A stretch of DNA of 55,130 bases from Hyphomicrobiales bacterium. GTDB taxonomy: Bacteria > Pseudomonadota > Alphaproteobacteria > Rhizobiales > Beijerinckiaceae. The position numbers were made by a program, and so were the translations under genes. Positions 16,978-27,398 of this stretch are shown piece after piece. The notes beneath the pieces were generated by a model. It was given only the letters and a program-made list of their open reading frames with translations. It was not told the origin of the DNA and did not search any database. Position 1 is the first letter of the stretch. The number at the start of each line of letters is the position of its first letter. Location: NCBI GenBank assembly GCA_031372765.1, contig JANMLW010000064.1, positions 1-55,130 of the forward strand. Direction: 5' to 3'.

Positions 16978-17226
16978 TCAGTGCGTATCAGTATCGGGAT
17001 CAAGCAACCGGTGCATATGCACGATGTAGTAGCGCATCTGCGCCTGATCCACCGTTGCCTGTGCCTTGGCTTTCCAGGCCTGCCGGGCTTTTTCGTAGTT
17101 TGGGTACATGCCGACGATGTCCAGCTTCTCCAGATCCTTGAACTCGGATGAATCGAGGCTCTTGAGTTCGCCACCAAAGACGAGATGCAGCAGTTGCCTG
17201 TCGGCATTTTCAGGGGTGTTCGGCAT
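16978..17226 (-). CDS. Small conserved protein, DUF4170-like
   Basis: Carries LLHLVFGGELKSLDSSEFKDLEKLDIVGMYPNYEKARQAWKAKAQ. The assignment is from memory. Confidence 0.6.
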   Translation of the reverse strand: MPNTPENADRQLLHLVFGGELKSLDSSEFKDLEKLDIVGMYPNYEKARQAWKAKAQATVDQAQMRYYIVHMHRLLDPDTDTH

Positions 17227-17235
17227 GGTAAAACC

Positions 17236-18066
17236 TCAGGTCGTCAGTTGAGGCCTCGTAGCGTCTGCCGGTTGGCTGTGCAAGCCAAGGACTGCAAGAG
17301 CCTGTGAAGCCAGCCCTTCTATGCCTGCAACCAGCAGGCCACGCCGTAACAGGGGCTGGTTGTAAACAAGCTGCTTTCCGTGCTGATCGAGAAGTACTGC
17401 ACCCGCCTCCCGCAGGATGATATCAGCGGCTGCCACATCCCAGTCGTGGGCACCCACAGAAGCAAAGGCGAGATCTACCTCGCCAGCCGCAGCCAGCACG
17501 AGGCGGTAAGCGAGCGAGGGAATGCGCGGCCCGCGTTTCAGGCCAACTGCCGTCTTGCTGTCAAGTTCATCCAACAAGGGAAGAGGGCCGACACAGACAC
17601 AGTCCGACAGCGCAGCCCGGCTGCCTGCATTCAGTTTTTGCCCGTTGCAGAAAGCGCCGCTGCCCAGGCTGGCATGAAAAGTACGCTCCAGTGCAGGGGC
17701 ATGCACCACACCGGCCACAGGCTTACCATCAACCACGAGGGCAACAGCCACCGACCATTCCCGTTTGCCAGCGATGAAGGCCCGCGTGCCGTCAATGGGA
17801 TCAACCACAAACACATACCGCGCCAACAGGCGTTCGGGGGCGTCAAGTGTTTCTTCCGATATCCAGCCATAATCAGGCCGCTCAGACCGCAAGACACGCT
17901 CCAGCGCTTCATTGGCGGCAAAATCCGCCTCGCTCACCGGCGAGTTGCCATCCTTGTAGGTGACACGCGCTGTCGTGATCATGCCCTCGCGAAAGTAGCC
18001 GCATGCCGCTTTGCCCGCCTCTTCGGCAGCCCGGAGCAATAGCGCGAGATCGGCAGCGTGGGTCAT
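17236..18066 (-). CDS. Inositol monophosphatase / CysQ-family phosphatase
   Basis: Carries the motifs WISEE, VDPIDGT and WDVAA. Confidence 0.88.
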   Translation of the reverse strand: MTHAADLALLLRAAEEAGKAACGYFREGMITTARVTYKDGNSPVSEADFAANEALERVLRSERPDYGWISEETLDAPERLLARYVFVVDPIDGTRAFIAGKREWSVAVALVVDGKPVAGVVHAPALERTFHASLGSGAFCNGQKLNAGSRAALSDCVCVGPLPLLDELDSKTAVGLKRGPRIPSLAYRLVLAAAGEVDLAFASVGAHDWDVAAADIILREAGAVLLDQHGKQLVYNQPLLRRGLLVAGIEGLASQALAVLGLHSQPADATRPQLTT

Positions 18067-18069
18067 GGG

Positions 18070-18507
18070 TTACCGGAGACCGAACGCCGCAAGCAGCAGC
18101 AGTCCGCAGCCAATGAACAGCGAAAAGTGCGTCATCACCATGCCGCCGACACGCCCGACGCTTGATCCGGCAGTTTTTGACAATCCGTAAGCGTGGGCCA
18201 TGCGGCCGGCCAGAAAAAGACAGCCGATCAGATGCAACCACAGGCTGGCAGTGCCCAGAAGTGGCAGCAGGATCAGCAAGGCCATGACAAAAGGGGCATT
18301 CTCGCAGAAATTGCCATGGATGCGGATGGCACGTGTCATCATCTTGTCGCTGCCATCACCAATCCCGATCAATTTGCTCCTGCGCTGCAAGATAACCTGA
18401 TAGGTCAGTACAATCCCCATCAGGACGATCAGTGCAATGTAGAGTGCCGCCGTGCGTAAAGCGCCGATCATGGCCAGAGTCTTGAGATCATCCATAAGAA
18501 TGGGCAT
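18070..18507 (-). CDS. MAPEG-family membrane protein
   Basis: Has four hydrophobic segments plus RIHGNFCENAPF and LAGRMAHAYG. The start is trimmed to MPILMDD at 18507. Confidence 0.75.
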   Translation of the reverse strand: MPILMDDLKTLAMIGALRTAALYIALIVLMGIVLTYQVILQRRSKLIGIGDGSDKMMTRAIRIHGNFCENAPFVMALLILLPLLGTASLWLHLIGCLFLAGRMAHAYGLSKTAGSSVGRVGGMVMTHFSLFIGCGLLLLAAFGLR

Positions 18508-18644
18508 TGCTTTTGTCCTGTTTGAGTAACCACACTTCAATCATGTGATCATGTTGTGCCGCTTCTTACGGGTAATTACCAGTGCTTAACCACCCTGTTT
18601 AAGCCTTCACCAGACTTTACCCCTCACTCTCCGTTGATCAGCGC

Positions 18645-19283
18645 ATGGTGGATCAACCGCCAGCACCGACAGGACAAGAGCCGGAAACGGCAGACGACAG
18701 GGTGGCTATCATGGCAACAGATGTGCGGGCAAAAAATGCGCCCAAATGTGCGTCAGGCTCAAAATACGGGTCAGCAGGGCGCGGTGCGGCGTCTGATGTC
18801 GCAGCACAAGCGGTGACAGCAGCCTGTGCAAGGGCGGAAGACGGTATCAAGCGCGTGGAAATAGGCGCTGAATGGGTCTGCATTCGACGCCGCATCGCAG
18901 GCATGGAAACCTGGGTGAATGTGCCAACCGCCAGCTATCGCGGCGTCACGCTCAAGTCCGTGCCTGAGGGTGGCATGTTCGAGATCGTGCTGGTCCACAT
19001 GGATCCAAGTCTGGAAATCATCCTGTCACGCACCTCCGATGATACCGATATCATCGCGTTGTGGCGCAGCTACGCCCGTACTCTGGCGCTTCCTCTCCTG
19101 ATCGAGGACAGGGACGGGCGCCTGCAGCCGGTGGACGATACCAACGTCCATGGCCCGTTCGAGCGCCGCTATGGTTCTCCCCTCAAGGATCGCCGCCCCC
19201 GTTTTCTGGCCCGCCGTTATATTGGCAGTGCCGCTGAGCAACCCGTGCATCACGGCGAATGCGAGATGTTCGCCGCGGGCTGA
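18645..19283 (+). CDS. Conserved hypothetical protein (possibly DUF6101-like)
   Basis: The ORF has genome-typical composition. I only weakly recognise the family. The start is uncertain (18645 or 18711). Confidence 0.5.
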   Translation: MVDQPPAPTGQEPETADDRVAIMATDVRAKNAPKCASGSKYGSAGRGAASDVAAQAVTAACARAEDGIKRVEIGAEWVCIRRRIAGMETWVNVPTASYRGVTLKSVPEGGMFEIVLVHMDPSLEIILSRTSDDTDIIALWRSYARTLALPLLIEDRDGRLQPVDDTNVHGPFERRYGSPLKDRRPRFLARRYIGSAAEQPVHHGECEMFAAG

Positions 19284-19374
19284 GGGGCAGGCCGCAAGTA
19301 CAATCTTGTGCTAACTGAACATCGATAGCCATCAAGCACTGGCAATTCCATGCGGCTTCGTTAGAAGTATTTGA

Positions 19375-20358
19375 ATGTTCGGGTATCTCATTCGCAGTTT
19401 CCTGCAGGCCGTCATGGTCATGCTGGCCGTGGCGTTCATCGCGTTTTCCATGTTTCGCTATGTGGGCGATCCTGTTGCCAGCATCGTGGGGCAGGACGCG
19501 ACACTGAAAGACCGGCAGGAACTGGCGGATTCTCTGGGCCTGAATGATCCGATGCTGCTGCAATTCGGCCGATTTGTGGGAAACGCCGCCAGGGGTGATT
19601 TCGGCATCTCCTACCGTCAGGGGCGCCCGGTTGCCAAACTGCTGAGCGAACGTCTGCCGGCCACCATCGAACTGGCGGTCATTTCCGCCGTCATTGCGCT
19701 GGCTTTTGGTCTGGCGCTTGGCATCTACACCGCCTTGCGACGCGACGGTATCGGCGCTCATCTGGTGATGAGCCTGTCGCTTGTCGGGGTGTCACTGCCA
19801 ACATTTCTCATCGGCATCGGCCTTATCTATATATTCGGTGTCACCCTGCGCTGGCTGCCCACCTTCGGGCGGGGTGAGACTGTGGCATTTGGCTGGTGGA
19901 CTACAGGGCTGCTGACGGAAAGTGGGCGCAAGTCGTTGATTTTGCCCGTTATCACGCTGGGTTTTTATCAGTTGACGCTGATCATGCGGCTTGTGCGCTC
20001 TGAAATGCTGGAGGTTCTGCGGGCTGACTATATCCGCTTTGCCCGTGCCCGCGGCCTCTCGGACGGATCAATCAACTTCCGCCATGCTCTCAAAAATACG
20101 ATGATTCCCGTTGTCACGATCACTGGCTTGCAACTCGGCTCCATTGTTGCCTTCGCCATTGTCACCGAAACCGTGTTCAACTGGCCGGGTCTTGGCGCCC
20201 TGTTCGTGAAGTCGGTCGAAGTGGTCGATATTCCGGTTATGGGGGCCTACCTGATGTTTGTCGGATTGATTTTCGTGGTGGTTAACCTCGTCGTCGACAT
20301 GCTTTATTTCCTCATTGATCCGCGTCTGAGGACCGGCTCCAAGGTGCCGACCAAATGA
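19375..20358 (+). CDS. Peptide/nickel-type ABC transporter permease (DppB/OppB-like)
   Basis: Has a MFGYLIRSFLQAV-type N-terminus and the EAA loop region (YIRFARARGLS). Confidence 0.92.
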   Translation: MFGYLIRSFLQAVMVMLAVAFIAFSMFRYVGDPVASIVGQDATLKDRQELADSLGLNDPMLLQFGRFVGNAARGDFGISYRQGRPVAKLLSERLPATIELAVISAVIALAFGLALGIYTALRRDGIGAHLVMSLSLVGVSLPTFLIGIGLIYIFGVTLRWLPTFGRGETVAFGWWTTGLLTESGRKSLILPVITLGFYQLTLIMRLVRSEMLEVLRADYIRFARARGLSDGSINFRHALKNTMIPVVTITGLQLGSIVAFAIVTETVFNWPGLGALFVKSVEVVDIPVMGAYLMFVGLIFVVVNLVVDMLYFLIDPRLRTGSKVPTK

Positions 20359-20390
20359 GATCGTCAAATGAGATGGTGACGTGAGATCAT
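20352..20390. repeat. Three tandem copies of a 13-bp unit spanning the permease stop/start junction
   Basis: The copies are caaatgagatcgt, caaatgagatggt and gacgtgagatcat. The first two agree at 12 of 13 positions and the third is degenerate. Confidence 0.5.
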
Positions 20391-21327
20391 GGCCTTGACC
20401 GAACCCGCCCGTCCGACACTCTCGCAGCGCCTGAATGACAGCGATCTGTGGCTGTCATTCAAGGATTCTCCTGTCACGGTCGCGGCGGCCATCACGACAT
20501 TCGTGATCTTCATTGCGGCTCTCTTTGCCCCCTGGATTGCCCCGCAGAACGCCTTTGATCCCGCGGCGCTGAACCTGATGGATGGTTTCACACCGCCGAT
20601 GGAAAACGGTATTGGCTCCGGCAGATTCTTTCCTTTTGGAGCTGATGCGCAGGGGCGTGATCTGCTGTCTGCCCTGTTTTTCGGCACCCGCGTCTCCCTG
20701 ATTGTCGGGTTCTGCTCCGTAGGTTTCTCGATGTTGCTGGGCATATCGCTCGGATTGGTTGCAGGTTATGTCGGCGGACGCACAGAGCTTCTGATCATGC
20801 GGATCGCCGATATCCAGTTGTCCTTCCCCGGCATCCTGATTGCGCTTCTGGTCTTTGGAATTGCGCGTGGTCTTATTCCTCCCAACCAGCATGAGACGAC
20901 GGCGCTGTTTGTCATCATCTTTGCCATCGGCCTGTCGCACTGGGCGCAGTATGCCCGTACGGTTCGTGCATCTGCCATGGTAGAGCGCAACAAGGATTAT
21001 GTGCAGGCCGCGCGCCTCATTGGCATCAAGGGCCTGCCGATCATGGCAAAGCACATCCTGCCCAATGTCATGGGGCCTGTCATGGTGATTGCCACCATCA
21101 ATCTGGCGCTTGCCATCATCGAGGAAGCGACACTTTCCTTCTTCGGGGTGGGCATGCCGGTAACGCAACCATCGCTTGGCACACTCATCCGCTTCGGGCA
21201 GCAATATCTGATGTCCGGCGAATGGTGGATTTTGCTGTTCCCTTCCCTCACAATCGTTATTCTGGGCCTGGCAATCAACCTGCTGGGTGACTGGCTGCGT
21301 GATGCGATGAATCCTAAGCTACGATGA
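20389..21327 (+). CDS. Peptide/nickel-type ABC transporter permease (DppC/OppC-like)
   Basis: Multi-TM protein carrying [12 protein letters not shown] in the EAA region. Confidence 0.92.
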   Translation: MALTEPARPTLSQRLNDSDLWLSFKDSPVTVAAAITTFVIFIAALFAPWIAPQNAFDPAALNLMDGFTPPMENGIGSGRFFPFGADAQGRDLLSALFFGTRVSLIVGFCSVGFSMLLGISLGLVAGYVGGRTELLIMRIADIQLSFPGILIALLVFGIARGLIPPNQHETTALFVIIFAIGLSHWAQYARTVRASAMVERNKDYVQAARLIGIKGLPIMAKHILPNVMGPVMVIATINLALAIIEEATLSFFGVGMPVTQPSLGTLIRFGQQYLMSGEWWILLFPSLTIVILGLAINLLGDWLRDAMNPKLR

Positions 21328-21349
21328 ACCCGAAACTGAGATCGTATTC

Positions 21350-22333
21350 ATGACACAACCCGTTCTCTCCGTTCGTAATCTGCAGGTCGAGTTCGTCACC
21401 CGACGCGGCATTCTGCGCGCCATCGATGGCGTATCCTTTGATATTGCCCCCGGCGAGGTGCTCGGCGTGGTCGGGGAGTCCGGTGCGGGCAAATCGCTGA
21501 CCGGCACGGCGATCATTGGCCTGATTGATCCGCCCGGTCGCATTGCCGGTGGCGAGGTATTGTTGCAGGGCAAGCGCATCGACAATCTCGACAAGGAGTC
21601 GCTGCGCAAGATACGCGGCAAGCGCATCGGCATGATTTTCCAGGATCCGCTGACTTCGCTGAATCCGTTGTTCAAGGTTTCGGAGCAACTGGTCGAAACG
21701 ATCCAGACCCACTCGGATATGAATGGCTCTCAGGCCCGCCAACGGGCGATTGATCTGCTGACCGAAGTGGGGATTCCCGCTCCTGAAAAGCGTATCGACG
21801 GCTATCCGCATGAGTTCTCGGGCGGCATGCGTCAGCGTGTGGTGATTGCACTTGCGCTGGCTGCCGAACCGGAGCTGATCATCGCCGATGAGCCGACAAC
21901 CGCACTTGATGTATCCGTGCAGGCGCAGATCATCACATTGCTGAAGAAGCTCTGCCGGGAGCGCGGCACGGCCGTCATGCTGGTCACGCATGACATGGGT
22001 GTGATTGCCGAGACGGCTGACCGCGTGGCGGTGATGTATGCCGGTCGCATTGCCGAGATCGGTCCTGTGCGCGAAGTGGTGCAGCACGCCCGCCATCCCT
22101 ATGCCAAGGGCCTGATGGGGGCGATTCCGACGCTGGAATCAGCTTCCGAGCGCCTTGTGCAGATCCCCGGCTCGATGCCGCGCCTGACGGCCATTCCGGC
22201 GGGCTGCGCCTTCAACCCGCGCTGCGGCGAGGTGTTTGCCCGTTGCCACGCCGAGCGGCCGCTGCCGATCCGGGTGGGACAATCCGAAGTGGCCTGCTGG
22301 CTCTATGACAAGAGAAAAGAGGCAGCAGCATGA
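21350..22333 (+). CDS. Peptide ABC transporter ATP-binding protein (DppD-like)
   Basis: Carries Walker A GESGAGKS, the signature FSGGMRQRV, and Walker [13 protein letters not shown]. Confidence 0.93.
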   Translation: MTQPVLSVRNLQVEFVTRRGILRAIDGVSFDIAPGEVLGVVGESGAGKSLTGTAIIGLIDPPGRIAGGEVLLQGKRIDNLDKESLRKIRGKRIGMIFQDPLTSLNPLFKVSEQLVETIQTHSDMNGSQARQRAIDLLTEVGIPAPEKRIDGYPHEFSGGMRQRVVIALALAAEPELIIADEPTTALDVSVQAQIITLLKKLCRERGTAVMLVTHDMGVIAETADRVAVMYAGRIAEIGPVREVVQHARHPYAKGLMGAIPTLESASERLVQIPGSMPRLTAIPAGCAFNPRCGEVFARCHAERPLPIRVGQSEVACWLYDKRKEAAA

Positions 22334-23400
22334 AAACGACCAGCATGAGCGCTCCGGAAATGAATGCCAGCAGCAAGATCATTCTTCCAGCATCTGAGGC
22401 TTTTGTCACAGTGCGGGAGTTGAAAAAGCAATTCGATGTCTCCAAGCCATGGCTGGAACGCACCATCGAACGCGCTCCAAAGCAATTCCTGAAAGCCGTT
22501 GACGGAGTCACCTTCGATATCAGGAAGGGTGAAACCTTTGCTCTGGTGGGTGAGTCCGGCTCCGGCAAATCCACCGTTGCCCGCATGGTTGTGGGTCTCT
22601 TGCCTGTTTCGGGCGGGGAGGTCATGGTCGATGGTATCTCGATGACGGCGACTGCCGACAGTGCGGCCCGTGAAAAACTCCGCCGACGTATCCAGATGAT
22701 CTTTCAGGATCCCTATGCCTCGCTTAACCCTCGCTGGCGGGTGAGCGATATCATCGCCGAGCCGATCAAGGCCTTCAATCTGCTGTCCTCGCCCAAGGAC
22801 ATCACCGACCGGGTGGGCGAGTTGCTGACGCTGGTAGGTCTGTCACCGCTTGACGGCGTCAAGTATCCCCATCAGTTTTCGGGCGGGCAGCGCCAGCGTG
22901 TGGCCATTGCCCGTGCCCTTGCTTCCGATGCCGAGTTCATTGTCTGCGATGAGCCGACATCGGCGCTCGATGTATCTGTTCAGGCGCAAATCCTCAACCT
23001 GATGCGTGACCTGCAGGACAAGATGGGCCTGACCTATCTGTTCATCAGCCACAACCTTGCTGTCGTGCGGCATATGGCCTCCACCATTGGCGTTATGTAT
23101 CTGGGCCGTCTGGCGGAGGTGTCACCCGCCAAGGAGATGTTCCGCGCGCCGCGTCATCCCTATACGCGCATGCTGCTCGATGCCGTGCCGGATCTGGGCA
23201 TGACAGGTCGCGCCCGAACACCGGTTCAGGGGGAAATACCTTCACCGATCAATCCGCCTTCGGGTTGCACTTTCCATCCACGCTGTCCGCTGGTTAATGA
23301 TCGCTGCCGCGCAGAGAACCCATTGCCCATCGCGGGCGTGGCCTGTCATGCAGTTGAAGAAGGTCGAATTGGCGAGATGCAGAGCAGGATCAGAGCGTAA
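22330..23400 (+). CDS. Peptide ABC transporter ATP-binding protein (DppF-like)
   Basis: Carries Walker A GESGSGKST, the signature FSGGQRQRV, and Walker B FIVCDEPTSALD. An ATGA overlap links it to the preceding gene. Confidence 0.93.
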   Translation: MKTTSMSAPEMNASSKIILPASEAFVTVRELKKQFDVSKPWLERTIERAPKQFLKAVDGVTFDIRKGETFALVGESGSGKSTVARMVVGLLPVSGGEVMVDGISMTATADSAAREKLRRRIQMIFQDPYASLNPRWRVSDIIAEPIKAFNLLSSPKDITDRVGELLTLVGLSPLDGVKYPHQFSGGQRQRVAIARALASDAEFIVCDEPTSALDVSVQAQILNLMRDLQDKMGLTYLFISHNLAVVRHMASTIGVMYLGRLAEVSPAKEMFRAPRHPYTRMLLDAVPDLGMTGRARTPVQGEIPSPINPPSGCTFHPRCPLVNDRCRAENPLPIAGVACHAVEEGRIGEMQSRIRA

Positions 23401-23403
23401 GGG

Positions 23404-23721
23404 TTATTCATCCTCGCCGAAGCGGTTGGCGACAAGCGCGCCAATCGCATCCATCGCTTCGGCAGCATCTGCCCCCTTGGCGCTTACTGTTATGGTGGTG
23501 CCGATGCCCGCACCCAGGGTCAGTATTCCCATGATGGACGTGCCGCCTACAGTTTCACCACAACGCGAAACGGTGATTTCTGCCTCGAACCGCTCCACAC
23601 ACTGAACGAATTTAGCAGTTGCACGAGCGTGAAGCCCCTTGCGGTTGATGATGGGGAGTTCGCGGGAAATGGCCCCTTCCGGCGTAGTATATCCGCCAAT
23701 ACAATCCTCGTCCGCCATCAC
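23404..23721 (-). CDS. HPr/NPr-family phosphocarrier protein
   Basis: Carries the active-site His context NRKGLHARATAKFV and the regulatory Ser context GGTSIMGIL. Confidence 0.88.
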   Translation of the reverse strand: MMADEDCIGGYTTPEGAISRELPIINRKGLHARATAKFVQCVERFEAEITVSRCGETVGGTSIMGILTLGAGIGTTITVSAKGADAAEAMDAIGALVANRFGEDE

Positions 23722-23748
23722 TGACCCGCCCTCATCATCAGACAGGTA

Positions 23749-24150
23749 TCATTTGCCCGAAAGCACCCGACTTGCAACATTGATATATTTTCGGCCTGCA
23801 TCCTGTGCCTGAATGACTGCATCAGCGAGCTTCACCTCGTCACGCACTGAGGCCAGCTTGATCAGCATCGGCAGGTTGATTCCAGCAACGACCTCGACAT
23901 TGGAGCCATTCATTGCCGAAATGGCGAGATTGGAGGGTGTTCCACCAAACATGTCGGTCAGAACCACCACACCTTCACCTGTATCAACCTGATGAATGGC
24001 ATCCATGATGTCCTGTCGACGACCATCCATGTCATCGTCAGGATCAATGGTGATCACATTCATCTGTGTTTGAGGGCCAACCACGTGTTCCAGCGCGGAC
24101 TTGAACTCACATGCCAGACGCCCATGGGTAACCAGGACCATACCAATCAT
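23749..24150 (-). CDS. PTS EIIA component, mannose family
   Basis: Carries the N-terminus MIGMVLVTHGRLA and the sequence LTDMFGGTPSN. The start is trimmed to 24150. Confidence 0.85.
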   Translation of the reverse strand: MIGMVLVTHGRLACEFKSALEHVVGPQTQMNVITIDPDDDMDGRRQDIMDAIHQVDTGEGVVVLTDMFGGTPSNLAISAMNGSNVEVVAGINLPMLIKLASVRDEVKLADAVIQAQDAGRKYINVASRVLSGK

Positions 24151-24252
24151 GATTTTTTGTCGTTCTTGGCTCAGGGGCTTCTCGCCGTGGCCTTCGCGCA
24201 TCTTTAATGATGCAGTGCAGTGCAACATTCAAGGTGTGCAATCAAAAATTGA

Positions 24253-24708
24253 TTACACTTTCAGCATTTGATCACGGAAATATGGCCAAAGAGTTACAAT
24301 CGCTGAAAATGCAGTCTGATTTTGTGACAAGCGCAAGTATGGCAGGGATAGATCAAGCAGCATTAGGTGCCTTTGTTCCTCAGCTGGCAAACGGTCTGGC
24401 TGTCCAGCCGTGAGGTCAACGCATCCCCGCAGGACTATGGAGTCAATCGACGGCACCGGCTGGATGCCAAAGCCGCGAAGCTCGATTCTACCTGTTATGG
24501 CCGGGTGAGGGCGCGCCACAAGCCGTTGCTGATGCCTTGAAAGCATAACACGATCATCCGCCACCAACCGGACGGTGCCAAAGGGCCAATCCGCGATCAT
24601 GGCGGCAGCAAGGCTTGATTTCCCCGCCCCTGAAGGACCCCTGATCAACACACCGATTTCCCCCACGGCTACCGCGACGCCGTGGATCGTCGCTGACGCC
24701 GACATCAA
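24253..24708 (-). CDS. hprK: Truncated (C-terminal domain only) HPr kinase/phosphorylase, alphaproteobacterial type
   Basis: A 151-aa protein with the P-loop GPSGAGKSSLA. An ATGA overlap links it to the upstream kinase gene. Confidence 0.85.
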   Translation of the reverse strand: MMSASATIHGVAVAVGEIGVLIRGPSGAGKSSLAAAMIADWPFGTVRLVADDRVMLSRHQQRLVARPHPAITGRIELRGFGIQPVPSIDSIVLRGCVDLTAGQPDRLPAEEQRHLMLLDLSLPYLRLSQNQTAFSAIVTLWPYFRDQMLKV

Positions 24709-26636
24709 TCAGATCCGCCAACCACTGGTCTGCCGAGCGCGGGCAGGATGACCGTGAAGCAGGCACCGCCACTGTCTTGCCCCGGCAAAGGTGCATTTCC
24801 TGCCTGAGCCGGGCGATTGGCAACACTGATACGTCCCTTGTGGACCTCGATGATCTGCCGGGAGATGGAGAGACCCAACCCGGAGTTCTGGCCAAAGCCC
24901 TGTTCAGGCGGGCGGTCTGTATAAAACCGTTCAAAAACGCGTTCCAGTGCATGGTCCGGTACACCAGGGCCTTCGTCCTCTACTTTAAAGACAACATGGT
25001 TGCTCTCTCGCAGAAGACGCACCTGAATGATGCTGCCTTGGGGTGAAAAGGACCGGGCATTGTCCAGAAGGTTGGTGACCACCTGCCCAAGCCGGCTATC
25101 GTGCCCCATGACAAAAAACGCATCCTTGGCCAGGCTGCCCTTACGGGCCGGGGGTGCCATGATTTCAAGACGGATTTCAGCCTGCCCCGGCTTGTGCGTG
25201 TCATTGGAGAGCGAGACCACCGCCGTCAGCAATGCCGCCATATCCACGGGCTCGGCATCGGATTTGGCCAATTCCGCATCAAGGCGCGAGGCGTCGGAAA
25301 TATCGCTGATCAATCGATCCAGACGGCGCACATCATGCTGGATCACACCCATCAGGCGTGTGCGGGCCTCATCCGTCTTGACCATCGGCAGCGTTTCAAC
25401 GGCACTGCGCAAGGAAGTCAGCGGGTTTTTCAACTCATGGGCCACATCCGCAGCAAAGCTCTCGATGGCGGCGATGCGGTTATAAAGCGCATCGGTCATG
25501 TCCCTCAGGGCAACCGAAAGATGGCCAATTTCATCGGAACGATTGGAAAAATCAGGGATTTGCTGGCGTGATTTGATGCTGCGGCGTACGCGCTCGGCCG
25601 CTATGGCAAGCCGTTCAACAGGTTTGGCAATCGTGTTGGCCATCAATAGGGAAACCAGCGCCATTATGGCAAAAATCACGGCAAACAGCGTGAGGATGTT
25701 CAGCCGTTCCTGAGCGATCACCTCATCTATATCGCCGTCCTGTGTCGAGAGCTGCAAAGCCCCCCGGATAACCCGCAGCCGCTGGATCGGGAAAGCATAG
25801 ACAACAATCGTATCGCCACTGGCTGTCACCCTTATCACCGGATTGCTGATCCCTGTCAGTGCGCGTTGCACCTCGGTCAGCAGTCTTGTCGACGATGTGT
25901 CATCCGCAGGCGATATTTCCGTTCGCCCGAAGCGGCGCTTCCACATGGACCAGGTGCGCTCAAACAAGGTTGCCTCGCCCGTTGGCGGTGGAATGTTCAG
26001 CCGGGTGATATCCCCACGGTCATAGAACGTGCGTGTGTCCAGCAGAAGACTGCCATCCCTGTCATAGACACGGGCCCGCAATCTTGTCGGTGTCACGAGA
26101 CGGCGCAGGATTGGCGCTATGCGTTCAGGATTCAGCGAAAACTCCAGTCCCGAAGCCTGTTCCTCCGCTGAGCTTTCTCCCAATTGAAGATCAAGCAGTC
26201 TCTCGGGATCGATCGTGATTGATTCACGGTCCACAATGGCCGTTCCAGCCAATGCCGCCGCAATGATCTCTCCTTGAATCTGCAAGCTCTGCACGCGGGC
26301 ATCAATCACGCCAAGCCGCGTCTGGTTGATCCACAGGAAACCCAGTAGCAGCAGCACCAGTCCGGCCATGTTGAGCAGCACGATGCGCCGCACAAGACTG
26401 GACCCCAGCCGCATGGAGGCCATGCGGCCCAGACGACGCCCCAGCAATTTCAGACGCAGACCTGCAGAATGGAATCCACGGCCATTTGCGCCCTGCTCGG
26501 GCAGCTCGGACGGTCGTGGCGTTTCCAGTCGATCAAGCAAGGGGAATTCTATCCTTTCATGTGTCAGCGACGCCTCAACCGCGCCCAACAAACGGCATTT
26601 TTGTGGCCATGACGGTGACATACTGCACGTTGGCAT
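24705..26636 (-). CDS. chvG: ChvG/ExoS/BvrS-type sensor histidine kinase
   Basis: Has an Arg-rich N-terminus and TM helix ([21 protein letters not shown]), the H-box [16 protein letters not shown], and the G-boxes. It lies directly upstream of hprK-EIIA-HPr. Only the ATGs at 26636 and 26621 retain the Arg-rich segment. Confidence 0.8.
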   Translation of the reverse strand: MPTCSMSPSWPQKCRLLGAVEASLTHERIEFPLLDRLETPRPSELPEQGANGRGFHSAGLRLKLLGRRLGRMASMRLGSSLVRRIVLLNMAGLVLLLLGFLWINQTRLGVIDARVQSLQIQGEIIAAALAGTAIVDRESITIDPERLLDLQLGESSAEEQASGLEFSLNPERIAPILRRLVTPTRLRARVYDRDGSLLLDTRTFYDRGDITRLNIPPPTGEATLFERTWSMWKRRFGRTEISPADDTSSTRLLTEVQRALTGISNPVIRVTASGDTIVVYAFPIQRLRVIRGALQLSTQDGDIDEVIAQERLNILTLFAVIFAIMALVSLLMANTIAKPVERLAIAAERVRRSIKSRQQIPDFSNRSDEIGHLSVALRDMTDALYNRIAAIESFAADVAHELKNPLTSLRSAVETLPMVKTDEARTRLMGVIQHDVRRLDRLISDISDASRLDAELAKSDAEPVDMAALLTAVVSLSNDTHKPGQAEIRLEIMAPPARKGSLAKDAFFVMGHDSRLGQVVTNLLDNARSFSPQGSIIQVRLLRESNHVVFKVEDEGPGVPDHALERVFERFYTDRPPEQGFGQNSGLGLSISRQIIEVHKGRISVANRPAQAGNAPLPGQDSGGACFTVILPALGRPVVGGSD

Positions 26637-27324
26637 CCAAAGGCATGTTGGCCATGTAAAGGATGGTTTCGCCCACGTGCTTCACATCCATCAGAGGCTC
26701 GACCTTGATGGATAGGTCCGCCTGAGGCACACCGCCGGCCATTTTCATGGCCATTTCGGTGGCTGCATTGCCGATATCAATTTGCCCGCAGGCGATGTCA
26801 TACTTGCGGCCATCCAACGAAGCGGACTTGGTGAGCCCCAGCACAGCATGCTTGGTAGCCGTATAGGGGGCGGAATTTGGCCTTGGCGCGTAGGCCGAAA
26901 CCGAGCCGTTGTTGATGATGCGTCCCCCACGCGGAGTCTGCGCCTTCATAACGCGAAAGGCCTCCTGAATGCACAGGAAAGCGCCGGTCAGGTTGATATC
27001 AACGACGGTTTTCCACTGCGCCAGCGTCAGGTCTTCCAGAGGGATGGCGGGTGCCCCCACACCGGCATTGTTGAACACCACATCAAGTCGGCCAAAGGTC
27101 CTGACGGTGGCATCAAAGGCAGCACGTACCTCATCGGGGTTTGCCACATCGGCAACGGCTACCAATGCCTTTCCACCCGCTGCCACCGCTTCGGCTGCGA
27201 CGGCATCCAGCATCTCCTTGCGGCGACCGACCAGCGTGATGGCATAGCCAGCACCGGCCAATGCCAGCACGGCGGCGCGGCCTACGCCGGTTCCGGCACC
27301 CGTGATCAGTGCGACTTTGCTCAT
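26575..27324 (-). CDS. SDR-family oxidoreductase
   Basis: Carries the N-terminus [17 protein letters not shown], the sequence NNAG, the catalytic pattern Y..TK, and the typical C-terminus [11 protein letters not shown]. Confidence 0.9.
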   Translation of the reverse strand: MSKVALITGAGTGVGRAAVLALAGAGYAITLVGRRKEMLDAVAAEAVAAGGKALVAVADVANPDEVRAAFDATVRTFGRLDVVFNNAGVGAPAIPLEDLTLAQWKTVVDINLTGAFLCIQEAFRVMKAQTPRGGRIINNGSVSAYAPRPNSAPYTATKHAVLGLTKSASLDGRKYDIACGQIDIGNAATEMAMKMAGGVPQADLSIKVEPLMDVKHVGETILYMANMPLDANVQYVTVMATKMPFVGRG

Positions 27325-27398
27325 GAAAGTGTTCTCCTTGATTGACGCCAGCGTCGGGGCATGTCTTTGACGTGTCAGCACATCAACAGGATTCAACC

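Noticed and set aside
20455-22096. Minus-strand ORFs of 249 aa and 260 aa opposite the DppC-like and DppD-like genes
   Set aside because: They are shadow ORFs with Arg/His/Asp-rich composition. The plus-strand genes carry unambiguous ABC motifs.
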